Shown here one piece after another: positions 35,353 through 49,200 of a DNA stretch of 64,000 bases (its first letter is position 1; each line of letters starts with the position of its first letter). Below the pieces are notes generated by a model. The model was not told the DNA's origin. It did not search any database and saw only the letters and a list, made by a program, of their open reading frames with translations. The stretch covers positions 766,177-830,176 of the forward strand of contig JAQGDQ010000051.1 of assembly GCA_030141605.1 (NCBI GenBank), in the 5' to 3' direction. This stretch comes from Tubiluchus corallicola (taxonomy: Eukaryota > Animalia > Priapulida). The position numbers were made by a program, and so were the translations under genes.

Positions 35353-36360
35353 CCTCGAATTGATATGACTACACAGAAGGATTTATTACAAGGTGACAAA
35401 GAAGTGAAGCACTCTCCAGTTGTTAATACAATAACAGCGACGACAATGGATAATACACAGCATAATGTCATAAATGATTTGATGAATCGTTATTCTTCGT
35501 TCTACAGGTTGAAGAAAAGTGTTGCATGGTGTTAAAACAGTTCAAAACAGTGTTAAACAACAAAGTTGCCAAAAAGACTTCCAGTTTTCCAAATAAACTG
35601 ACTGTTGCAGAACTCGACTATGCAGAAGAAATAATCAAGTATGTGCAGAAAGGGAGTTTGCCGAAAGAATATAAACACTTAAGCACTAGTCAGAACATCA
35701 TTAAGTCTAGTTGTCTGGTGAAACTTGATCCATTCCTATGTGAAAAGCAACTTATTCGTGTAGGTGGCCGAATAAGGCATGCTGATGTTAACTACAATGC
35801 CAGGCATCCAATTGTTCTACCAAAAGGACATAAATTATCACGTTTAGTCATCCAAGATTTCCACACTACGCATGGACATGTCGGCAAACAGCATGTAATG
35901 TCTTTGATCCGCCAGAAGTTTTGGATTGTTGGAATGCGTGGTATGGTAGCTTTTAGCTGAGTCCAGACAATGTAGACTGAATAGAGCAATGCCACTGCAC
36001 CAGAAGATGGCTGACTTGCCTGTAGACAGATTGCAAAGCTCTGGAGTGTTTGCTACTGTGGGTACTGATTGCTTTGGTCCAATTATGGTAAAACGTGGTC
36101 GCTCAGAAGTAAAACGTTACGGCATCCTTTTTACATGTATGGCTAGCAGAAGCATCCATCTTGAAGTTTTGTTCACGATGACAACTGATTCGTTCATAAA
36201 GGCACTAGATAGGTTTTGCTCCAGAAGAGGTAAACCTGACAAACTAATGTCTGATTGTGGAAGTAATTTTCTGGGAGCAGACAAAGAGCTCCAAAAGTCT
36301 GTAGAATCTTGGAACACCAATGTTGTCACGGAAAACTTACTTCAGAAACATATTGATTGG
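35353..36360 (+). pseudogene. BEL/Pao pol 3' region (linker, integrase Zn finger and core), frameshifted and truncated
   Basis: Frameshifts near 35530 and 35950; motifs LDPF..LIRVGGRI, HPIVLPK, MADLPVDR, RYGILFTCMASRSIHLE, SDCGSNF; ends at HIDW before the catalytic Glu. Confidence 0.9.
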
Positions 36361-39355
36361 GTCTTGATTTGAAGACTGAGAACTTTGATGGCATGCACCA
36401 TGTCCATGCCTTCACCATTTTCCTCCCTGTCGAAGACGTTGTCGTCTCCAGATGGCAAGCTACGAAGGGCATCTGCATTGCCGTGACCTGCTGTTTTCTG
36501 GTACTTGATGTTGTAGTCAAACTGGTTCAGCCACAGGGCCCACCAAGCTAGACGATTAGCTGCAAGAAGTGGCGTCCCTTTCTTTGGTCCGAAGAGTAAA
36601 GTCAGTGGTTTATGATCAGTCACCAGTCTGAAATGACGCCCGTAGAGGTACTGGTAGAATTTCCGTAAGCCGAAGATTATGGCTAGGGCTTCCTTATGTA
36701 TTTGGCTGTAGTTCCTTTCTGCAGCTGTGAGAGTCTTGGACACATTGGCAATTGGGCGCTCGCTTCCGTCCGGATAGCGATGAAACAGGACAGCTCCAAT
36801 TTCAACGTTGGACACGTCACAAGCCAATCCCAGAGGCTTGTCTGGGTTGAAATGCACAAGGACTTGATCTAAGGATAGCACATCTTTCAACAGTTCAAAT
36901 GCTGTTTGCTCCTCATCTCCCCACTACCAGGGGACTGTCTTCTTGGTCAAGCAGTAAAGAGGCTCTGCCATAGTAGCCAGGTTTGGGATGAACTTCCCGA
37001 GGGACTGAACCGAGCCCAAGAAAGACTTCAAGCTTGAGACGTCTATAGGAGGTGGCATCTTCATGACTGCCTCGACATTGGAAACCTTTTGTGACTCCTT
37101 TGGCCGATAGGGTGTGTCCAAGATATTCCACACATGGTTGTGTGAACAAGCATTTTTGTCGATGACATCTGAGTCCTTTGTCATTCAGACGAGTGAGCAA
37201 CCGTCTCAGGTTGCTCAGGTGATCATTTGTGTCTTGCCCACTGGCGAGCATATCGTCTTGGGAGATTGCAACTCCAGGCAGATCACTGGTCAGGTTCTCC
37301 ATGATCTCCTGAAAGTAACCAAGCGCTGACTTGATTCCGAAAGGGAGTCATTGCTGCAGGAGTACCCCACGGTGGGTGCTGAGAGCTAGCCTGCATTGAC
37401 TCTCGGGTGCCAGCTTAATCTGGTTGTAGGCATCAGCAAGGTCGATCTTCGTGTAGCCATATCCGCCTCCCAGCTTCTGTATCTGTTTCCTCTGGGAGTG
37501 GCATCGGATGACAGTGGTCTTCCATCTGATCGTTGATGTCGACTAAGTAGTCACCACAGATCCGCAACTTGGGCTTATGAGTGCCCGGAGTGTGAGCTTT
37601 ACGAATCGGTACCACTGGCGTTCCATATTCGTTGAACTGGACTGGCTTCCAGACACCTTTGGTGATGCCTTCTTCGTAACCTTTGGCCAGGTCAACCCGA
37701 AGAGCAAATGGAACCGTGCCTTGTGAAAAACTGGCTTCGCATCAGACTAGAACTTTACTTCGAGCTCGAAGTCCTTAAGACACCCCAATTCTTCTTTGAA
37801 GAGATCTGGGAACTCGTCACACAGGTTATGGTAATCTCATTGCAGGGAAGCATAAGACGTGTCAGAGGTCTTTGGACATGACGTTTTACACCCTCGCTTT
37901 TGTCTTGACTCTCTATGCTTCTCTGTCCTAGAGCATTGTCCACAGAAATTCCCAGAATCTGGATAGCATTTCGTCCCAGCAGGTTCAGGTCAGGGATCTT
38001 GGTGACGATGTAGGGAATTGAGCTTTGTTTACCAGTCTTTGGATCCTTGGTCTGGCCCATGAAAGTTCCCAGCACTGGCAGGTCGTGCTTGCTGGCAGAC
38101 TCGTAGCGATGTCTGACGTCATCCAGCTTTGGCTTTTCTAGTTGTTTCCAGACCGGCACTGAAATGAAATTTCCTATGGTTGCAGTGTCAAGTTTCATCT
38201 TGAACTGTTGGTCTTGGATGTTGACGTCGACATCCAAACTAGAAGAATCTTCGAGAACTTCACCGAGGATCGCCTTGACAAGCTCATCTTTCGTGATTCT
38301 CCTCACAGACTTCCCAGATTTCCGGTCCCATTGCTGTCGTTGCTTCTTCATGTAAACAGCCTCAAAATGTCCTTTCTTGTCACAGAAATGGCACTTCGGA
38401 TCTTTGTATGGACAGTCTGTCACTTTGTGGGCCTTTCTGCAATGGTAGCACTTTGTATCCGCATCTGTGGAATTTGACTGCTGATGGTTCCTTCGTTGAC
38501 CCTTGTTCTGGTTCAGTTTGACTTTGTTGACGGGCCTGGTCTTGGAACCGTAGACAGTGTCCTTGGCAGCCTTTGCCACGTCTTCTGTCTCAATAGCGAC
38601 TTGGACAGAACAGGTGAAAGTCAGATCTTCGTCCTTGATCTTGAAAATAGCCTTCAAGACAGCTTCGTTGTTGACAGAGCATATGAATCTCTGCCTCAGA
38701 GCTTCATCTTGTGGGTCTTGGATTGAAGAAAAGTCACAGGTAGCAGCGTCTTGGCATATGCGAGCTGCTAACTCCTGGAGAGTTTCGCCTGGCTTCCTTT
38801 GCATGTCACTCCAGAACTTGAAACGTTCTCGCACAATGAAGAGTATCGGGTCAAACTGTTCCTTCATAAAGTCGACAATTTCCTCAATTGTCAGTTTTTT
38901 ATTATGCAAGTTTTTTTATATCCTTGGATGGAGACTGTTGATTTGCCAGATTTGCCAGTTGTTTGTAAATACATGTAGTCTGATTTGTTGGGAAGACTTG
39001 AGCCTTGCGTTGGTCAGCCACGAAGGTACAATATCTTGACCAGTAGTTAGGCCACAGTTCAGAAGTTGGATCAAAAGCAGCAAATGGTGGAATAGCAGCT
39101 GTAAGCACTGATGCAGGTAGAAGATGGGCGCTTGAGCTGGAATCCTCTTCAGGAGTTCGAGCCTGAAGCAGCCTCTTCATAGCATCCATATCTCCTTTGT
39201 GCTGCTGAGCCTGCCCTCTGGGTATGAATCTCCTGCGCCTGCTAATCCATCTGTTCCCTCTGGATATGAATCTGCTGCATGAGGAGCTTGAGAAGTTCAC
39301 CCATCTGCTCCGCCATCATTGCTAGGATAAACAACTGTCCACTGAGTCACCAAGG

Positions 39356-39373
39356 ATCCTGTCGACTGCGCCA
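39356..39373 (-). promoter_or_regulatory. primer binding site, tRNA-Ser type
   Basis: Minus strand TGGCGCAGTCGACAGGAT; its complement ATCCTGTCGACTGCGCCA resembles the eukaryotic tRNA-Ser 3' end (ATCCTGCCGACT(A/G)CGCCA). Confidence 0.8.
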
Positions 39374-39378
39374 AATTT

Positions 39379-39739
39379 TGTTGTGTTTTGTTTCTCTCTG
39401 ACAACGTAGAGAAAACCAGAAAACACATTCTCAAATTGAACAGGTTTATTATGTGAGAATTCTACAACATAAAGTATGAAGGAACGGAAAATGTGAACAG
39501 TCAAGCAATAGGAAAATAGCATACAATAGTTTGAGAATCTGAGATTTATGTGAGAATACGAGAATAAACTTGAGCGGCCAGCTCCGCCTTATATATCAGT
39601 GCAAATGGACAACACCAGAACAATCTAGAAACTACTATGTGCATCGCGTATAGAAAGTTCTCGAATCTACGAGTGCTTCTACAAGGTAAAAAGATTGTTT
39701 CTACTACACTATAGAACATTCTAGTGGGTCTCCACAACA
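39379..39739 (-). repeat. 5' LTR of the Gypsy element (361 bp)
   Basis: Minus-strand termini TGTTGTG...CACAACA form inverted ends; AATAAA inside; PBS 5 nt downstream. Confidence 0.85.
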
Positions 39740-40824
39740 CTGCCTACCTATCCCTTATATTGATATCGTTATCACACCAATGTAGTTTTTTGTACACTTC
39801 ATTCTCCCTGTTCCTAAGGACAGGCAACAATATTACTTGTGTTTTTTAATGGGAAACTATCAGTGGATTCTACGGGCATTGGCGGTGGAGGCGGTTGGCA
39901 GCCCCAATTCACTGAACTCATTCTCATCGACCCATTCTGTTGATTCCTCCACCTCGTGACTGATTATAAGCAGGTAAGCAGCCACTCCTTGTTACACTAT
40001 TTTACCAGAAGATGAAAAAAACGTCAAATAACGATATCATGACTAAATCACATACCTACTTGCATTATAATGGCGTTATCACGTCTACTGGCACCTACCT
40101 ACCCTAAACTTGATATCGTTATAATTATGTGAATGACAGCTGATCAAATGGTACGTGTATGCACTCAATTACCAACGGGCCAAAAAGCGATGCAATGCAC
40201 TATTTTAAAAATCATTGTGCATCAGTGCATCCACACTGCTCTATTATGAGTAAGTTGTATAATGCTGACCCTAGTGAACTTAACAAATGTTCATTAAATT
40301 TTACTGTAATGATAAAAGCTAACAGTAGGAAAAAATAGCTTGGGAAAAGCCAACAAGGTTCTCAGTAAACATGTTTACGGATTACTCTGAGATAAAACAG
40401 TCTTAGAGTAGTGCATTTTACTGCACCAGTCTTGAATTCCTTGAAATTTTTGGTCTTCCTCGCACTCGTTCCATATTATAGGCGCCATAATACTAAACTA
40501 CGCTTATTTTGCATCTGTCATTATATAAATTTCGGTGGTATGGTATGTATAAGATCGGAGGATACAGCTCCAATGACGGCTATTATTAAAATTATTAAAG
40601 GTATTTGCAATTAAGTCTTTACAATAAAATATACGGTATGATAAAAATGGGTTTTGAATGAGGTATTTAAATGAGATTGTGGTTAGTTTGATACTCTCCC
40701 GAGGCACAGTATTGGCAGTAACAGATTATACCGTCCCATTTGTCATGAGTTTTAAGTTGGGAGCATGACAGTATTCATCGGGTAGGTTATTCCATAATTT
40801 GGCTCTTGTATAGCGGAAAAAAAT

Positions 40825-41215
40825 TTAGACTGCAGCTAATGGTTCTGCAATTTGAGATAAGAAATTCTGGTTATCAGATCTTTCTGATACATGAATAAGA
40901 TCGTTTAGTGCCGAAGCATTTATTTTATATATGCATTTATATATCTGTATAGTTATTTCCCTCAATCTGCATAAAGCGAGCTCGGGGCATTTGATTGACA
41001 ATAATAAGCTGTCATAATCCACTTCGTAATCATTAAGAACAAATTGGATAGGTCTTTCTTGAAAATTTTCAAGCTTCATGGTGTTCGTTTTACCTGTAAA
41101 ATGGCAAATGGGAGAACAGTAGTTAAAATGGCACTTAATGAAACCTTGGTAAATGCACATTTTGGTTTCATGATTCAGGTATCTGGACAGCCTTTTTAGA
41201 ACATTCAGTTGACTA
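40825..41215 (-). mobile_element. LINE 3' fragment
   Basis: FIKCHFNYCSPICHF..KLENFQERPIQFV..EITIQIYKCI. Confidence 0.8.
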
Positions 41216-42240
41216 TGAACTATGAGCTATGAATTTTATTTCACACATCAGAAAATACAACATCAAACACATTAATAGATTTAAAATGAAATAATTTTAG
41301 TAGTGCGAGGTGAGTGTACGACCATTCGGTCATTAACACACTCACTTTACTTAAATGAAAAAATGATTATAATTATGCATGCTTCTGTAGATGACTTAAT
41401 AATGTAAATAAGGATGAAGTAAATAATGTAATAATAAGCAATGGTATAAGAGCAATAAACCAGAAAGTTGAGAAAGGAAAACATAATACGTAATTACGAC
41501 TTTCAGTGAGCCTTACTTAAAGAGCGAAAATTTTTAAATAGTTACGAATTTGAATTATCTGATTATCTGTCAATGTACGACTTGCTTGTATTACAATGCA
41601 CCATATTACTTACTGTATATACAATTATATATATATATACACATATATGTACCCAAATTTAAGTAGGGGAGAAGAGATTAAATTATATATTATACTTGTA
41701 TAATATAATTGATGGTAGTAATGTAGCCATCATAACTATTGAAGATAGACCATGGGAGGGGGAGGGGAATTATAACAATATAAGTGATTCATTAGCCAAA
41801 TTAATGCTACAATGATACATTCAAAATTTTTTGTATCATGACGAAAATAATGTTGATTATATGTCCATAATATGCACATAATATTATGTATAATGAACGC
41901 AGAGGGGCATTCATTGGCAAAGTATGATTCTTAATCGAAATTAAAACCAAAATAATACATTCGATTATACTATGTGAATGATAATGATACTTTTCTCACA
42001 TAAATTAATTGGTCAACTAATCAACCAGATACTCTGCTGGTTATAAGCTAAGAGCATTCAATGGCTATTTTCCAAGTGGAAACAGATACAATTATAGGCT
42101 GCGATGAATGAACAATTTCTTTTTAATTGATTTATACCCTTTATTAATAAAAGTAACAAAAGTCGTAAAGATACCTATTAGTAAAAGAAAAACATTAGTG
42201 CAAAAGACACACATGCACAAAAAAGATAAAACCTGGTCTT

Positions 42241-44230
42241 CTATGCCAATGAATATTTACTAATTAAAAATATCTTACATTGCTTGGTAGCTTTTTTAAA
42301 GAAGAAGAGGAAATGATTGTCTTGGACACTATTCCATAAAATAACTCCATTGTGCTGTAAGGTATTTAAGCCATATGCTGTGTTAAATCGTGTTTGAAAA
42401 TAGTGTCCCATGCCAGAAGACCTAGTATAGTGAACATCTTTGATTAAGGTAAAGTAGTTAGTATATAGTTCAGGCAACTGCCGGTTATTAAACTTATACA
42501 TGAATTTAAATAATTCAAGATTATAAATATCTTCTATTTTCAATAAACTAAGATGTATGTACGATGGTGTTGCATGGTCTCTGAAATAGGCGAAAGTCGT
42601 GTATTTAACTATTTTATTCTGAACTGTTAATAGTGGTTGTAATAAGTATTTTTTTGTTTGCCACCAAGACAACACACAGTGTAGGAGGTACGGAGAGACT
42701 AATGCACGGTAGATCATTTTCAAAATAAGCAAATTAATAAAATGTCTTAACTTTGCAAAAATACCAGCTGTTTTGTTTAATTTTGTTGCTGTAGAGGAAA
42801 TGTGGGTAGACCATTTCATATTGTTATCAATATGCAACCCAAGGTATTTTATACTACTACTTTGTTTTAGAGTTATGTCGCCAATTTTCAGGTCAAAAGT
42901 GGAAGAGTCTTGTTGTGAAAAGTTCCTACTGATTAACATATACTTAGTTTGTGTAATTAACAGATAATTTATTTGCTTTCATCCAGTCATCAAATGGAAC
43001 CTTGAGGGACGCCAAGACTAAGATTACACCAATCGCTAGTAATATCGCCGATTTTAACAGTTTGCTGCAATCCTCGGAGGTAACTGACATGTAGTTGGAC
43101 ACTGGATTCTTCCATGCCATATGCTTTTAGCTTGGCAGTTAGGCAAGCAATCAAATACCTTCCTGATTTCAATAAGCATTGCATCTGCGATATTTTTCTA
43201 ATCTATGGCAAGTTTCCAGTTTTTAACTAGCTTAAGTAAGGTAGTTTGGCAGCTGTATCCCTTTCTGAAAGCAGATATGCGATGTGAATGTAGATATCTG
43301 TTGAAGTAGTACTTTTCAAATATTTTAGGTTAGAATGCTGATTGGTTTGCAATTGTTTACAGCTAACGGGTTGTCTTTTTTAAAGATGGGTTTAACAATT
43401 GCAAGCTTGTAGGGTTTGTGTAAACATATTTGTGTAATGTTGGCATTAATCAGGGAAGTAAGTGGTTTGTATATACGATCCAAACAAAGCTTGACTAATC
43501 TGGTTGTGATTTTCGTGTTTACTATACTTTCTCTAGCAAAGTCTGGGTTATTTAAACTATTCAGGTCAGTGGAGTTTGGAGTTAATGCCTCGTCTGTGAA
43601 GAACTTGTTAAAAATGTCAGCCACTATTTTGGGCGATGTTGCCAGGGAATCATTATCCATTATGACAATGCTTTCATTGTGCTGGCATTTGCTACTCAGC
43701 AGGGCTTAATTGTCGGCCAGAAGTTTTGTGATTCTGACCTTGACTGCAACGTTCTCTAAAATATTGCTTCATGGGTTTGATTATAATTTTGGTCCTGTTA
43801 TTGCGAGAAATACGATAGTTTTCTCAGTTTTCATGTGTGGGATATTTATTGTATTTGTTTTTTAATCTAGCTGTATTCATAATTGCCTTACGCTAGGTTT
43901 TGTTTATGTAGGGTGGTGAGGTGGGTTTTACCTTTTTTTGCTTCGACTAAAAGTTTCTCAAAGATAAAGAATTTATCACTTACATCACCAAAACAATCAA
44001 TAATTGGAAAAGGAGCTTAACTAAGATCGCAATGAAGGTCTTCTTTTTTATGTTTTTAAGTTCCTGTAGTGAATAGGTCTAGGCTTAATTACTGGCAGAT
44101 GCTGCTTCATCGCGGTATATATCAACTTGTAGCAGTCACTAAATCGTGCATTACTGACGTTTGCGCATTATTGGCGTTTATAACAAAATCTTTTGCAGGG
44201 CTTTGGCTAGTCTCTATCGTATATGTGAAT
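42241..44230 (-). mobile_element. composite CR1/L2-group LINE fragments
   Basis: PIFKKDNPLAVNNCKPISIL, LGVPQGSI, IKYLGLHIDNNMKWSTHI, YNLELFKFMYK. Confidence 0.85.
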
Positions 44231-44459
44231 TTCGGTGGAATATATATATATACATTCAAACAAAAGGACTCCAGCCACAGATTTGCCATTGGGGGTTTAT
44301 TTTTCAAATCGGGCCCACCGAGAAGAATGGGGGGGCGAAAAACCTCGGAAAAACGCCCTTTGTCGACCATTTTCCGCAAAATTTACACCTCTTATTTCTA
44401 TAGAATGGGAACGGCCCCGACTGGTGGTAATGGTTAGATAGCAATGGTAAATTTCATGG

Positions 44460-45520
44460 CTGTTCCAGGCATTGTTGTCACCCGCCGTTCTACAGTGGTG
44501 TAGATTTCACATGTGAGTAAGTTGTGTTAGGCCAGTACCATGTGAGAAGTGGCAAACAAAACTATGTGGAATGTCTGCCATTATTGATCATTGCTAAACA
44601 GACAAAGAGCCTTATTATAGCACACAGTTTTGACTTTGTATAAAATATTTGGAATGGTTTCACTGTGATGCAGTGCTGTTGGTATTGGTGCTGTAGGTGT
44701 CGTTATCGTTGTCGTCATCATCATCATCGTCATCAACATCGTGATCACTATGTGATGTGGTGGGTGTGGTATATATGCTGTGGAGGTTGTGCTGTAAAAG
44801 GTGTAGCGGGATGATAAGGTGTGTGTGGTGTGGGTGGAATTGTCTGGGTGGAGTGGTGTGGGTGTTAATGTGGGGTGGTAGGGTATGTTCTTTTTTCAAC
44901 CTCCCACGCTATTACATAGATGTATATCCCTTGTCTTTGAGTTTGAGAAATTTTGCGGTTGTTCCAGGCATTGTCTTCACCCGCCATTTTAATGTGTTAC
45001 AGATTGCACATGTAAGTTATATCTGTTATCATCAGAGAAGCAGTAAGCAAAATGTTGTTGACTGTCCGTGCATTATTGATCATTGATGAACGGGTCTAAT
45101 AGCATTTGTCACACAGCACATGAAGATACAACTTTGTGCAAAATATTTTGCATTGTTCTGCCGTGATGCTGGTGTAGGTGTTGGTGTTGTAGGTGTCATC
45201 ATTGTCGTGATTATCATCGCCATCATCATCATGATCACCATTTGATGAAGTGGATTTGGTGTGGTGTGGTGTTGAATGGTGTAGTGGGTGTGGTGAGTGT
45301 ACTGTGGATGGTGTGGTGCAGTGGGCATTGTAGTGGTGTAGTGTGGTGTGCTGCGGATGGTGTGGTGTAGAATGGTGCGATGTATAGGTGGTGTTAATGT
45401 AGTGTGGTGGGTATAGTGTGGGTGGTGTTGGTGTAGTGTGGTGAGTGGCTGTTGGTGACATGGTGCAGTGGTGTTGATGTGAGTTTTGTGCAAAATTCTC
45501 TTTGTAGTAGTTTGACTAGT
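44460..45520. repeat. ~500-bp tandem duplication with GT/CAT-rich low complexity
   Basis: GTTCCAGGCATTGT..CACCCGCC at ~44462 and ~44960, each followed by CATTATTGATCATTG and GTG-rich tracts. Confidence 0.7.
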
Positions 45521-45574
45521 AGTAATAATAATAAGAGTAATGTTTACATGTATTACTAGTAAATAATTAGTAAT

Positions 45575-45810
<236 letters not shown>

Positions 45811-46139
45811 GTGAGTCGGTGACTGTCCTTAACGTAATTAACAAGTGATATGGTCGTGAACGGGTCGAACTGTGCGACGTAATAAAACGGCGCTGATAAA
45901 AAAGAACAGCAAAATCGACAAACTCGTAAGTTATTCTGGAAAGTCGACAATAATCACAGGATGGTGAGATCCTGAGATACTTTAGAGGAAAAATAGGTTT
46001 ACTGTCTCGATAAAAGTATTCTGCTGTACTATCAGCCTGTAGTTTCCTGTTGTTTTGACTGAATTGACATTAGATATAAAGCTAGTACGCTGCCAGTTCC
46101 CATGATTTCTCTGCTCAGTTGGAGTGGAGGGGCGGCGTC

Positions 46140-46211
46140 ATGACGAATATGGAGATCGTTCATGGCGGTTGGCTCACAAAATCTCCTCCAGAAAAAAAGA
46201 TAGGAAAAGCG
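46140..46211 (+). CDS. GAB1: GAB exon 1
   Basis: gcggcgtcATG..GWLTKSPPEKKIGKA|gtaagt. Confidence 0.92.
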
Positions 46212-49200
46212 GTAAGTTCTTATGCTGTAGCAAATCCTGAACTCTGTAAACTTTGAATTTTATGTGTCACCAATAGTTTTATGTTTCACGTATTCCGCAA
46301 ATTTGTAACCCTGTGTTTAAACTATTTTGCTTAATTTACTTAGTTAATGTTAATTACTAAGTTATGCCTACAACTAAATAATTACTATAAAGTACTCTGT
46401 CTACTGAAGGTAATTGGTAATTATCATTTATAGCTGTAAAATTTATCACTTTTCAGCATAATAAGTACGAGAATGAATGACAATTATAATTAAAAAAACA
46501 AAGACGATTGACAAAGATGATAAGTACTACAGTACAATGGTTGCAAAGTATAATGATCAGTAAGCAAAGTAGTAGTGAAGAACTAAAAGTTATCAAAGTC
46601 AGTTGCTTTATCAGATGTACTCACTGCTAGTATAAGAAAGTAATTGAAGGAAAACAGGATGATTTTTCATATCTTACCCAATTTTGAAGTACAGTAAAAG
46701 TATGGTAAATTTTTATTTGTTTAACACCTATAATAATGGTAAAGAGTTTCTGATAATTAAATAGTAGGTTAAAAACTTAATTAACAGTGGCTGAGCCCAA
46801 CTAGTGTTGACATTGGAACTGAACGTATTTTTTAACAGCACACACGTTCTACCAGTGAATTATAGAAAGCGAAAAATGAAATATAGTGCCACAGTACAAC
46901 ATTCACTGTAATCTATAAAAGCTTTGTAGTTTGTTTAAAAATCAAATTTCAAGTCTACAGCGAAGCTCAAGCATGAGCTGTTTGAGCTATAATTTAAGGT
47001 AATGTCCGGTTTTTCTTTAAAAGGTAACTGCTAGATGTGTGCTTGCATAGCAAAATCGTCCATAAGTCGGCAATTAACGTTTTTTAGTTATTCACGCACC
47101 CTGAACCTCCATTTCATGAGGATCATTTTGATACCAAGCCCATTGCTGTGTGTTATTTCTAAGCTGAGATAATCCACGTTGAAGTTGAGGTACAGTAAAA
47201 AACATAATCTTGAGAGAATAGCTGTTAAAGTCAGCACATTGAAGTTATGTTTAAATCCAGTAGATGACTCTTCCTGGCGAAGAGCGAAGATTTGGGCTTA
47301 TCAACAGAAAAAATCCGAAGCAAAATGACAGCTTCCACTAGCTACTATCAGAGTTTGAAAATACAAGTTCTTTGCAATTGCAGTACTAGTTTCTAGGCAG
47401 ATAAATGGGCACTGGATTATAAAATTAAATTTTTAGTATTTTTTGGACATTTTCTTAATAATTTGATGCTAGAATATAAAAGTCCAATATATTTAGCATT
47501 TGTTATTATAATTAATTAACATTTATAAAAAATTAACATTAGACCAAAATTTTGGCGTATTCTACTTTGGAGCATTATAACATTGTTTTAACTATGCTGA
47601 CTTATGGATGGTTTTGGTTTGCAAGCACACGGATAGAAATTTTTTTTCAGATTTTTACCACTCGCGTAGCAAAGCACCTCACAATTATTAAAAATACCTT
47701 ACTTGTCTTGGATCTTCATAGTGTTATCAAAATTATTTTTTTATTCTCGCCTTTTAAACATTTCACTCTATTTTGACCTTAGAAAATTTTCCTGGTGTTA
47801 CTACAACAACATTTAGTGTTGCCGTGCACAAATTCACCTGCTTCTTAACTACTAACTAGCCTAGTTAGAAAAACCTGGAGGATTCTCATGAGTTTCTCTT
47901 GGCCTGTTGACCGTAAGCCCACTTACTTTATAATTTATATTCTCTATCAATAAATTTGGAGTCCCTCGAATCATTGATAAAAGTTGGTGTCAAAATAAGG
48001 GTCTCAAATTTTTTTGGCAAATAGTCTTCATGGAGAAGTTGGTTGAGTGAAACAAAAGAAGCATACCATTGTGACATGAGCCACTTATAAAACATTTGCT
48101 CAAAATACTGATTGGCAGAGGGCCATGGAACTTGGCAAAAATAAGATCTATACAGATACAGAATGTGATCTTTGAACATATTATGAAGTGCATTGTCAAA
48201 ATCATTATAACACTCTATAAGTAACTACATGTAGTATTATAAGCCGAGCACCACTGGTCCGGGGTTTTCACGAGAATCAACTGAAACCCTGAGCATACAG
48301 TGTTGTACTGCATATGTCATTAATTTTGCCAAATATAACATTTAATAATTGTGTCATATTGCACTTATTGCATTAAAATTGAATTATCCTGGATTAGTGT
48401 TATTTTCAGTCAATAGATGTGGCCACAGTAGATGTATCCGGTTGCTACTGGGGCCTGGCAGAAAATGACTGTTTTATTGATGGAAATTGCCGTCTTATTA
48501 CGCACCAACATAATACGCAGTTACGCCTGCCTTTTTGTATTTCAACTAATTAAATGTCGCGCCACAACTCGATACATTTTGGTCATAAACAGAGTGCTGC
48601 TCCGCTTGCTGTCTTGATATAAACTCAAAATGAGCGATGCCAATAGTGCAATTTACAACACAAATGGAATGGAAACGTTATTAGCCGAACACTCCATGGA
48701 CTCATTGTGCCAAGTCTAACAAGGTAAAGACTTCAACTATATTAAAAAATTTTTTGTTCACATGTCTTAATTAGTTTTAAAAAAACTAAGAAGTTATACT
48801 GGAATTCAGTCTACAAGACAAGTTAGTGCTTACATAATGGCATAATTTCTTAGAACTTGTAGTATAGCAAAAGTACGTAAGAATTTTCCAAAACGTCTTT
48901 TACACAGATTCGCTCGGTTTGCTTAACTATAGTGACATGGTTTTTCAGAAGTCGTAGTACAGCAAAAGTAAGAATTTGTCGAAATGTCTTGCACACTGAC
49001 TCACATGGACTTGACTGAACTCACATTAACTTCTCTGGTTGCCCGGAACAATAATGTTAGGGATTTTTTGTCCCTAAAATGTAATCATGGAAGTTTCGAA
49101 TAAATTGTTAACTTTGTTTAGGTATATTGGTATTGCATGCATTTTTGAAGCTTGAAAATTTGAGAAAAGTAATATCGGTCTGATGTAAAAAGTTTTTAAT

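Larger units (their letters stand above)
29791..36360 (+). mobile_element. BEL/Pao LTR retrotransposon carrying a captured glycogenin domain; 3'-truncated
   Basis: TG..CA LTR candidate followed by a single gag-pol: DUF1759-type Gag (LDKFDGNVLNFWQF), Cys/His knuckles, protease (LLDPGS, 33085), RT (YVDD, 34348), RNase H (FCDASESAYG, 34891) and integrase (HTTHGHVG; GTDCFGP; SDCGSNF). Domain order PR-RT-RH-IN with Pao-type motifs. Confidence 0.95.
36361..39739 (-). mobile_element. Ty3/Gypsy (Mag-like) LTR retrotransposon, decayed, lacking integrase and 3' LTR
   Basis: LTR 39379-39739, PBS 39356-39373, Gag with two knuckles (CYHCRKAHKVTDC; CHFCDKKGH), protease LDTA, RT (LRICGDY; degenerate SQDD; VEYLGH) and RNase H (LACDVS..ERNYSQIHKEALAIIFG..TDHKPL); many frameshifts and stops. 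Confidence 0.93.

Noticed and set aside
39356-39373. tRNA-Ser gene
   Set aside because: Only the 18-nt 3' end including CCA is present, next to an LTR; this is a PBS.
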